Source: Choristocarpus tenellus KU-1152
Taxonomy: Eukaryota > Protista > Phaeophyceae
Direction: 5' to 3'
Length of the DNA: 40,041 bases
Assembly: GCA_964200185.2 (NCBI GenBank)
Contig: CAXNAD020000033.1
Span: 1-40,041 of the forward strand
A model generated the notes under the pieces. That model was given only the letters and a program-made list of their open reading frames with translations. It had not been told where the DNA came from and searched no databases. Position 1 is the first letter of the stretch, and every line of letters starts with the position of its first letter. Below are positions 1 to 10,333 of this stretch, piece after piece. The position numbers were made by a program, and so were the translations under genes.

Positions 1-20
1 GTATCTCAAGATTCTCGCAG

Positions 21-66
21 GTCCCTTCTTGCCCACCTGCCTGGTGTCTCTAACTTCAACGAATGA
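21..66 (+). CDS. possible terminal exon of a gene starting upstream of the window (…SLLAHLPGVSNFNE*)
   Basis: ctcgcag acceptor ends at 20, followed by a phase-2 open frame to TGA at 64-66. No homology recognised. Confidence 0.25.
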
Positions 67-244
67 CGCCTATCTTGAGAAAGTAATGTATCGTTAGTTC
101 GAAGTAGTTTCAAATAGTGCATATTTTAGGTATCTTACTGTTGATGGCAAATCCCTCCTCTACAGTCGTCTTAGTCCTTGCCTTTTATAGTTTTTGTCTT
201 GGTTCCCCCCCCCCCCCCGGCATATCTACTGTACTTATATTATT

Positions 245-635
245 GTGCCCTCTCGCATTTTGGAGATTTGTCTGGGGAGAGCCAAACCAATATCACAAGG
301 ACCCCTATAAAAGTAACACATCTGGGTAATGTGAGATGGCATAATAATATATATATGATATATATAGGGCAAAATAATATTTACATACGAATAATATTCC
401 CAGGTGCTCGCCCACTTTTGTACAGCTAAGGTAGGTTAGACGTATAGCATCAGTGATGTACACTAAACATTGTAATCACCAACCTTTAACAGAGTGTTAA
501 AGTATAGCTGAAATTCAAAATGTAAACACTTCGGAGATATATTTTTCACATTTACAACTGTTACTTTCATAGGGGACCTTGTGATACTGGTTTTGACTTT
601 TTCCCTGATGCATCTGGAAACTGCGACAAAGTGTA
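245..635. mobile_element. MITE-like element with imperfect inverted arms
   Basis: 281-318 (gccaaaccaatatcacaaggacccctataaaagtaaca) is the reverse complement of 559-597 (tgttactttcataggggaccttgtgatactggttttgac) with few mismatches. Weaker similarity extends about 35 bp outward. Confidence 0.6.
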
Positions 636-1229
636 ATTATATAGACATATTTACAGCAACGTCATCAATATGACTTCATCCGTGGGTAATTTATCTAGCT
701 TTTTAAAAGTGGCCGTACCTATGCATAACTGTTGCTAATAACACCTCTGAAAACGATGTGCGCGTTTTCGAGGACGTTAGGAAGTGCTCCTACCTCTCCC
801 ACTCGCTAAAACACTGTTTTAGAGTACCTAGAAAATTACCGTCCATCCCTGCCTCTTAATCCTACTCACTATTTCAGTTCTGAACTGTGTTAATGGTATG
901 TACGTTTCTAATAAAATTCAGGAGTGAGACTTCATGTCAGGGAGTAGTAATACTTTTCTTCCCCTTGACAACTGGCTAACAGCAACGGCAAAGTGCCAGC
1001 GTGAGTTCAGCATCAAATAATGCAATAACAAAAAAAGTAGAGATGAATCAGCGCCTTTCAAGCAATCTTCATGAGAAAGTGTTTTGTGTATAGAACTTAG
1101 TATTGATTCAAAGTACGTATTGTGTATCGTGAAGCACTCACACTCCAACATAATTGTGTGTAGATCCTCCCGCACTGGATGAAGATACCTCTTTCTTCCG
1201 ATATTATTGGATATTCTATATCCTACATG

Positions 1230-2100
1230 GAGCCAGCATTTGATATGAACCATCATGTCTTTATCGTCATCATCAGGATCCCCCAAGAGGCTGCAGCTGT
1301 CTTTACCCTCGCTGAATTACCCCAATCCTCATTATATATTTTCCGCCCACTCCGCATGCCATTAGCACCATATTATTATGCCTTATCACCCCCAATGTGC
1401 TGCTAGCGCATCAATTCAGGGTTGCCACATAATACTGGGTACTAGGCAACATCTACCATGGTAATTGAGCGCATGTGTGGGTGCTTGCTTCCTGTGGCCT
1501 CCCTTGTATATGCTCCAGTTGCACTCACAGGAGCAGCAACTGGCAGTGTGGAGAGTACATACATGGCCATAGTGCCCAACTCCTCCTGCCCCACCTTGTC
1601 CGAGAGTGTTCCAACAAGCAGTCCTTTTCATGTTCTGCATCATATCCAGTTGATCCCTTCCCTTGAAAGAAAAGGGCTTGTGTATTGCAAACTGCAATAT
1701 GCACTTCCACACAGGCCACCCTCCGCACATGTCCCCAGCATTTGCTATGGTCGTAGAGGCACTGTTTCCATGGCCAATCAACAACCACTCTGCCATTATC
1801 AGCATATCCCGGAGTGTCTAGCTGCCATTCATGTCATCCATTCCATCCATGTTCCTATCATAGAACCAGGATGGAGAGAAAAGGCGACCCATACACAGGG
1901 GAGTGACAATACCTACTGGCACAGGAAGAGCAGAAGGGGGCAGCTTGGTTTGAGACGTGGATTTTTCTTGAAGGTGGTGGAGCCACACTTCCAGTTCATG
2001 TTCCTTTCAGATGGATAAGATAGGATCAAGCTATTAGCTGCTTAACTCTTCCACTGGCTCAGCCATGTTTTTAATGACCCTTGAGGAGGTGTGTCTGACA
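1230..2100 (-). pseudogene. decayed hAT-superfamily transposase (C-terminal/dimerisation region)
   Basis: Frameshifted minus-strand fragments HSPV…AFSLHP (about 1866-1905), ELGTMAMYVLS and TASCCSCECNWSIY (about 1505-1580) match the hAT motifs H.PLH.AA..L.P and EL…A..LS..SS..CERNWS.F. An acidic tail lies near 1250-1290. Boundaries approximate. Confidence 0.65.
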
Positions 2101-3079
2101 AATCAGCTCTAGGTTGACAACCAGGAGTGACTTCTGCCTCTCATTTACTATTACAGGGTAGGACTTGATTGAACTATGGATCACTTCTCTCTGTAAGCTC
2201 TTCAATCAAGTCATGCCAAATCCGTTCTGCTATATTTCTAGTGTCACGAAGAATTCTCAAATCAGCTGGAAAATATTCTCTTAACTCCATAAAACTCTCA
2301 ACATATGAGGTGTGGCGTGCAAAGTGTGTTCAAGTGGCACCTAGCACCGTTAGGCAAAAGGCCCCCTGACTGGTGAGGAGTCTCGCCTAAGGCACGAAAT
2401 TTTGACTTACGCTCTTTTCTGTTCTCCTTCTCCACCACCAACATGAGTAACCTTCTGTAATATCTGAGAATAGGTATTGCTCATATTTTGTTCAAGGAAG
2501 ACTGAAGATATGTGGCTGAGGGGTTGACGGTGAAGAGTAAAGATGGATTCATTATCATTCTAATATCTCTTTTACATATAATATTCTTAGGATATATATG
2601 TACATAATGGAGTACAAAAGAACACGGACAACAGACACCAAAACGATATATATTTGTATTGATTACAACTTTACAGTACAGTTAGAGCAAAGAAACAAAT
2701 ACTGGTCAAAATGTGCAATAATGATTTTAATTGGACAATGGGTAAACAAAATAAAATAAAAATGAAACAAAAGAAAATATTGTGATTTCGGCTATTTCTC
2801 AATTAATTGAACTGAGCTGATTAAACTATTGCATCTTACAACACTAATATTTCACCAGTGTTGACTTCATCTTGTGTTGAAACATGGATACTGAACAAAC
2901 TTGTCACCAAATCTCATCCCCAACAGAAAACCCTAGTTCAGTCCAATACAAATTGGAAATTGGACTAGGAGAAGGCTTCCTAGAGTCCACAATGGAACCT
3001 CTTTACAAAATCAGGTAAGCGGCTATTGCTTCCTTAATTGTAGATACAACAGTATCTACTCATTTATCAGATTGCAGGT

Positions 3080-3081
<2 letters not shown>

Positions 3082-3112
<31 letters not shown>
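3082..3112. repeat. (TA)n microsatellite
   Basis: Uninterrupted AT dinucleotide run. Confidence 0.95.
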
Positions 3113-3113
<1 letters not shown>

Positions 3114-4405
3114 GTTCAACTCAGAATGAGGTATCTTCAGTATTTTGAGGACTTTCACCAGGCCAGCCTTCAAGGACTAGACCACACACACCTTTGCATT
3201 ATTTACAGACCCATCCCGGCCCCTTCAATAATTACTCACCTCAGTCAGCCCCCAACCCAACCCAGGTAAATTTTTATGTTCTGGTCTAGCCCAGGTAAAT
3301 CACACTTCTTCGGGCCAGTCCAGAGTTATTTATCATTTCTCTAATATTTAGTATTAGTCTCAAAATGTACAAAATTACCACTAATTGAGCCCTATACTAT
3401 AGAACTGAATGTTTACTCGTACAAAACAAAAATACTTCTAATGTGTGTTTTGTAATCTCAAACGTAGGTCATTTGTTCTGTTTGAAATGCTTTATTCTCC
3501 TGTCTGATAAAAATAGAAAATGGAAAATCTCCCCTTCCTGCATATTGTACATGTACGCTAATGAAGTGCCAATCCTTGAAATATTTTTGGGATGGCACGT
3601 GTGAGCACTACTTGTCTAAAAACAGTTACCGACCCATTCTGCAGTGGTTGCTGCATTCTCTGCCTTGCTTGTTGCTTCTTGTCCTCCCCATGACAACACC
3701 TGCAGAAATAAATATCAACGGTCATAATACCATAAAATAGGAGATCCTAAAACAAAAAATATATTACTTGAAATCTCCACCATTTTCAACCTTTCAAAAC
3801 CGAAAAGATCCACATGCTACAGGACCTACAACATACAAGTATGGACGGGATCATCGCAAGCTTTGTACTGCTGATGTTTAAACGTAGACTAGAACCTGAC
3901 CAAGTGGTCATACACCTCACACCCAACCCTGGGTCGCACTCTATTGTGTCCCTCAGACTGGGACCAGGACCCGTGGTATCTGGAACCCCCAATTAAGGAC
4001 CCCAAACTTTGCCAGTCTCAGACCTATACTGCACCTGTACCTATGGCTCAAGTGAGACTGGGACCCAATACACACACTGGTATGAGACCTCAACCCCAAA
4101 CTGTGCCTAGGCTTGAGAGAAAATAAGACCCCCCTGACACAGAATCCACAACACTGTTACCTCAAAAACAAACCTAAAATGAGGACCTGGCACTCACTAA
4201 GAAGTCACACCCAGATCTGGAAGTTAATCAAGATAGTTAATCAAGGTGAGGATGTGAGAAAAAAATGTATTTTTCCAAATAGCTTATGTTGTAGTGAGTA
4301 TTTTGTATGGTACTATTCTGCCATCGACATAGATTGCCTGACAATAACATTCCTCCAACCCAAGCATGACATTACCCCCCAACCCCCAATGGCATGATGG
4401 GACGG

Positions 4406-4450
4406 AGAAACATGGACAAATGCAGTGCAGAAACATGGATAAATGCAGTG
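4406..4450. repeat. 23-bp tandem duplication
   Basis: agaaacatggacaaatgcagtgc followed by agaaacatggataaatgcagtg. Confidence 0.85.
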
Positions 4451-5686
4451 AAGCCTACGATAGCACCACCTTCATAACCATGGAATTTCCTTGTAAGAGC
4501 ATTATGACCATAATGTTGATAGGAATACCATTGGGCATTACATAATCTTCAAAGTATAACAGAGGAGGATTGGGTTCACACATAATAATCAAAGCACCCA
4601 AAAATTACCCAGCATTCCAGTTGTGTCACCTGTCACCAGAGTCCATCCCTATTGCCCCCATACCATGACACCTTAAAACTGGAACACAAAAACCGCCTGT
4701 CCGAACCCATGACATGTCGTCAGTCATCCAAGAGTAGAATGGGTTCTATTCCTTTTTTTTATTGGCTTGGCAGCATAGAATGCTTGCTCTTCATGGTCAG
4801 GCAGAGATGTTGAAAACCTATTTGAAAGATCGTACCTTCCCACTGCTACCTTGGACCCTGGTTTTGCAAGACACTGTACAAAGTCTTGAAAAAAGTATTT
4901 CAGGGATGTTACTGATGTTCAATGTATGGTAAGGAGGCATTACTGCTTGGCTCAGAAGGTAAGCTTTGCTAAGCACACTTAGCTGACCGCTCACTGGGGA
5001 AGTCATTGATTCCATAAGTGGGTATCAACACCTCTCTCAACAGGTGTCTGCTAACATAATTTACTGGGTACCAACAGACACAATCGCCATTCATTCCACT
5101 CATTTGCACTGCAAATCTTGTCAACTACCTTTGAACCAAACTCCATTGAGCTCCAGGCCTTTCTTGTCACTTGCAGATAGACAAATTGAGGAAAGACAAA
5201 TAAATAATACCTACTACTTCAAACTCAACAAACATCCACACTCCTCTGTGCTGTACAGTACCATCTACACTTCAACTCAACAAGTGAACAAAATGGGGTA
5301 TACCCCCTATGTTTTAGGTCCAAAGAGGGTACAAGATGGGTTGGGAATGAATGCCTATCTGTATTATGATAGGTGTAGGCACATTTTTCCATTGAGAATA
5401 ATCAACACCAAGTCATTAAGAATTCACTAGACAAAGTGAAGGAGAACAACTACACTGATACTATTTTGCATGTGGCATGTTATATATGTTACAAATAACA
5501 TCCTTGCTCTACAACTAACACTATCAATAATAAAAAAATGAAAACCAAAACTAACCCTGGTCCTAGCCCAAGCATCACACGTGCATAGACTAACACGGAG
5601 GAGATGTAGGAATTAGAATGAGACTTTCCAGTCATCTATTTGATGAGTCTATTTGCCTTTATGTTCCTTTTCTTTTGGGGCCATAG

Positions 5687-5790
5687 GTGATAGGGTGTTG
5701 TCATGATCGTGTGATGCATTTTGGAGTGGAGAAGGCATTTACTATTCCAGATCGTTTTAATTGGTGTGAGGGCATAGACCACAGTGCATT
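5687..5790 (+). mobile_element. Ty3/gypsy-type integrase zinc-binding (H2C2) fragment, relic
   Basis: VIGCCHDRVMHFGVEKAFTIPDRFNWCEGIDHS resembles H.{4-5}H.G..KT…L..RFYW.GM…V of LTR-retrotransposon integrase N-termini. No other pol domain seen nearby. Confidence 0.45.
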
Positions 5791-8700
5791 GTCTAGCGCC
5801 ATAAATTCCTACCCCATAATTATTTGTCAAGGTTTCACCTTTTTATTTCCAAAATATGTAAAGAGTACCAAAATATCACCCCTCATATGTCACTACCAAC
5901 TGAACAATACACAAAAAATACAAATAATAGTAAAAATCTGTTCAACAAGAAAGACTTGTCACACACAACGCCTTCAAAAACGACCTCACACTTACATCCA
6001 ATTCCTGTACTCCCTTCCGATCCAAATACACAATAAGATACATACCCCCTTTGGATCACATCTCTTTCAAGCCTGTATTATGTGTTCAATGTACATGTTG
6101 GTCAGTTGACAGTGTCACCCCATCTCCCCAAATCATTGTCACTGCAATCCTTCTTTTGGTCAAAGTTCCAGCAGCACAGTGCACACTGGTTACAAATATG
6201 AATATGAATATGTGCAGTCACCTCTGCCAACAAAACCCATGCAAATCAAGTTAGGAACAGACACACTACATTCTGCCGCAGTGGTACTGTGGTATCTGAC
6301 TATTTCACAAAATCAAAGGTTGGAGTCCTACTCACCATAATCCATGGGCCATACCCCACCAGTTGTGTAACTTTCTACTCTGGAGGAACAGTGGGTATCA
6401 TATCACTGATCAAAAAGGTCCATAAGCTGACCTTGCATGTCAAATCTTCTCAGTAATGGCATTTCTTAAACAAGTCATAGGTGCAAGTAATAGATGACAT
6501 GTCTTGAACCTAATTTTCTCTTCACCACCCTTCAAACTTGCCCATAATTTGTGTGATGTTTATTTACTCTACTAGAGGCAGCATATGAAGTTCATAATTT
6601 CACAGAACCTGCTTAGAAGTGGCATATGCCACAACCTACAGTAGTTTGTGTCCATATCCTATTGATAATGGTGCCCACAGTGCAATTCACATCTAGGTTC
6701 ATGTCACATTGACAATGCTTAACCCAGTCCAAAACAATTTTAACGGTATAATCAATACATACATCAAATATACACTCCTCATATCACTATTACTACTAGT
6801 ACTTCATTTTAGACAAATACAACTCAAAATCGTTCACTGCTTTCTATAGAAATACTACAGCACAGGTCGTACTTTTTCCTCCATCAACAAATCAATCTTG
6901 CTATCAATGTGCCTTGGCAACACATACCCTCCAAGGGTATGTATGGGTGCTGCATCACTAAAATGTGAGCTATTTGCTCATCTACTTTCAAGTCTGTCGG
7001 AACAGAGGACCTTACTCAGCTAAATAGTGCAGTAAATGGCATGAAGCATGCCCCAATTTTGACTATTAAATACCACATGAAACTAGTTCGATGAATTTCA
7101 TTGCTATGATTCCACCATCTACGCCTTCCGTGAGTCGACAAACTAAGTTCACCTACTGTACGTAGGGCAATGTTTTTTCAGATCCCTCACAATCTCATAT
7201 CCCTCATAATCTCCCTGCTTATGCTTTTCCCCAACATGTAGTACATAGCTGGTCCTAGTGTTTCCCCATCACCCTCTTTTATTCCCATGCTTATCACCTT
7301 GGGGATACTCATAGGTTTTGATTTTGAACTTGGGACTTTTTGTAGTAAATTAACTGTGTACACCTACAACCATCTTCGTTCTATGCTTTGCATTCCATGG
7401 GTCCATCTTTGCATCCTCCTCTGACCATGCTGTGCACCATTCCAAATAATTATTCCTTATTGCTATTGATCATCTACCAAAGCAACTACCAATCTGCCAC
7501 AAACACACAAAATATGTTGGAGTGGATTCTTCAGCTTCTCCATACCAGTTTGCTGGTTGCCTACGATCAAAATGTACTTACCACAAAATTGCACCTATGC
7601 CACTCGATTATTCATATCACAAATCAAAATGGAGATATTAAAATTGCACAGAAGTCACTTTTGTGGGTGGAGGGTCATTTGCATTCATTGTAAGTGTTTT
7701 CTGAATCAACAACACAGACTAGGATAAAGTCGAACTGTAGACCACTACCTCAACACCAGCTTCAGGTCTTGTCTAAATGGCAGAATACACTCCGATACCA
7801 ATGACTGTGCATGTGCTTACATACTGCTTTGTTGCTTCAACAGTCAGTAGTCAACAACTTGCAAGCCACAGCATGTAGAGCTAACTCTCCCACCCGCTAG
7901 TACTCGGTCTTGACATCACACAGTTACAGCTCCTGAACAGCACATCAACAGCAGCAGTTCATCAATTCACTGCCCTCGTCATGGGCGCGGATGGTACACA
8001 GAACCATATCCAGGATCTGGTTCAGAGAAGAAACTTTTGAAGCGAGACCAAATTGAGGCCCTCACATCCAAGACTAGCCCGTTCGTGAGGTCTTGAGACC
8101 CTTCAACCTTGGCCTGCCAAGCACCATATATCCCATGCAATCATCCAATCCCTCATCCACAAGAAATACATTCAGTAGCTCATTGCCTCCCTCTCACCAA
8201 TACCCGGCAAGACTGCCACTGAATACCAAATCATCACAGGTTGTCTGAATGAACTGGCCTTTGCCCCCCACTAGACCAATCTAGAAGAACAACTTATTCA
8301 ACCTCTGCCTGCTATATTGATGGAATGGTATATCGTGTATCTCCATGTTGGAAGCCATTGTGGAGAATCCTTCATCTGACGGTTCAGGGAATCCCACCAA
8401 ACAATCTCTGAAATAAGAAGCTAATGTATACTAAGGGAGACCTGGAACAAGACCTGGGGCAAGTGATTTCAGGTCAACAAGGGTCAAGTTTTACACTATC
8501 AAAATTCAGATACGTTGTTTATCTTTACAATTCCATCAATCACTTTTCACTGATCCTCTACATTTGATTAATTGTGAAGAAAATTTCTTGTTCGGCTTGG
8601 GAAGATTGCGCAATCCATGTAAAAGTTCATGCAAAAGTGCATTCGCCTCTTCAAAATCTCAACCTGGTTACCACATTTTTAGCAATTATGGAGGAAACCT

Positions 8701-8919
8701 CCAAGTAGATGTTACAAATACTTCATAGAATCACAAACGTCCACAACAATCTATTGGACTCTTTATTGATGCAACATATCCCACTGTTGTCCTAGTACTC
8801 ATGAGGCAATTGAATACAACAAATAGTATGCCATGAAAAAAAGTAACCTTTCAAACTGTTACTGATCCCATCCACTTGATATTGCACCACCTGACCTTCG
8901 GATCTCCTTGTCCCAAGTC

Positions 8920-10090
8920 TTAGTGCCCCTGTCCCCTTTCTCGAAAACTATTTCTGCCCTGCCGAAATCCATGCATTCCTATTCCCCTTCGGTCCATATC
9001 GCCTGGCCCTTCCCTTGTCCATTGCTTGCCCTGCCTGGACCTTACACCCAAAAGTGTTTCCCGATGAGCCCTACCCGCAATATGCTCCTGCATCAATTCA
9101 GGGTGGATCAACACAGGTATTTTGATTGTCAGGTAATTTACACTCATATATTTTACATATTTTATCGCTGCTTTGTATCAAGTAAATGCATGCACTATGA
9201 CCAAACTGAGCTCTGTCCATTCTGTCGTCTGACTCTTGTTCTCATATCTTTCCTCTCCCAACATTCCAGGATAAACAGATCACTCAGGTATCGTTTCCAT
9301 GACTCTGTAAAGATCCTCTACCCGAGCTTTTCTAACCTTGAGTTGTGGAGGGCTGGTGAACTGCTTCTTGCATAAGGAGCAGGTGCTAACTTTGCGCTCC
9401 TTCCTTGTAGCCTCTTGGTGAAGAGGTTCCAGTTTATGTGCCTCCAAGTCTTCCAAACTGGTACAGGTAGACACATGATATTTGCATCATATTAACCAGT
9501 AGGTTACTTTGAGCTATAGGTAGTAGTATTGTACAGTAACTGCTATAGTCACCGCCAAATGTTGGAGGCTACCAACCTGCTACGTACCTGGACCCTTCAA
9601 ACTTGCAGACCCTGCAGTAGAAGGGTACCCTCTCGGACGATCTCGCCTCGTAGTTAGACAGGAGCTCCTTGACAGCACCTTCAAGGCCTGACTGAGAAGG
9701 TTTCTCCGATTTCAGCCGTTTCGGTTTTTTCCTCTTGGTGTCCTTTCGAATACCACATCCCTTCGCAGGAAGAAGGTGTGAAGGTAGAGGTTCAATTCTT
9801 TCCTTGGAAAGAGTTGGAAGAAATTTGGAGTGGATATCTTCTTCACTCGATTTCTCACTTCCACCGCTGTCCGAGTCGATGCCACTCGTGTCGGAGAAGT
9901 GCTGTAGCTCACGCTCAAGTTCGTCGATTTTGCTATCAATATGGTCTGATGATTCGATTTTCCTACGTCCTAATTTACTTCCGGCACCATCATTGCGAGC
10001 GCGTTTTTCCAGACCCGCACGTGATAGGAGCTTGGATACAGTCATCGAGGACTTTGGAAGAGACATGGAGTATTGTCGTTCTGCATCCAA
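8920..10090 (-). CDS. C2H2 (matrin/U1, zf-met-like) zinc-finger protein, 3 exons, ~263 aa
   Basis: Exons 10090-9588, 9457-9337, 9087-8920 with GT-AG introns and matching phases. Fingers FYCRVCKFEGSSLEDLEAHKLEPLH and CSLCKKQFTSPPQLKEHIAGRAH, a basic NLS-like KRKKPKRLK, and an RG-rich tail. Start could be the ATG at 10066. Confidence 0.85.
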
Positions 10091-10333
10091 GGTGGTATAC
10101 TACTACTCCTAGTGTTGTGTTTGAAGTCCCTAAATTGTTGAGTTTTGGAATCGTTGGTAAGGCGTCGCCCATCTTCAACAACTACAATGCATCATTACAT
10201 GTGGTACTTCCTGACTCTCAACTTGTGACTTCCTCACCTAACTACCTAGTTTTAGGGCGAATCGAGAGAAACCTTGGGGTCCAATATTGGGATTTTTTGT
10301 TAGAGGGTACAAAACTCACCGTGAAAAATTTAG
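10091..10333. promoter_or_regulatory. putative bidirectional promoter
   Basis: 243 bp between divergent ATGs (10090 minus, 10334 plus), inside a CpG-rich domain of about 9560-11100. Confidence 0.6.

Larger units (their letters stand above)
2281..7772 (-). pseudogene. cryptic multi-exon gene or pseudogene of unknown product (~16 small exons, ~306 codons, four in-frame TGA)
   Basis: GT-AG-flanked segments 7772-7749, 7560-7490, 7429-7368, 7297-7191, 7142-7074, 6912-6873, 6635-6568, 6509-6432, 6185-6119, 6072-6046, 5169-5129, 5047-4988, 4857-4836, 3699-3630, 2463-2411, 2340-2281 join in phase. Splice sites were chosen by eye and no start codon was found. Confidence 0.45.

Noticed and set aside
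1458-2018. 186-aa plus-strand ORF
   Set aside because: Antisense to the hAT transposase relic.
2190-2230. SECIS candidate on the minus strand (ATGAC…TGAT)
   Set aside because: Helix II does not pair and spacing is too short. A second candidate near 2100-2145 also fails to pair.
7830-8460. Further upstream exons of the cryptic locus
   Set aside because: Could not be joined in phase unambiguously; the region looks like decayed TE sequence.
8908-9375. 155-aa plus ORF (likewise 38206-38658)
   Set aside because: Antisense shadows of zinc-finger and DNAAF1 exons.
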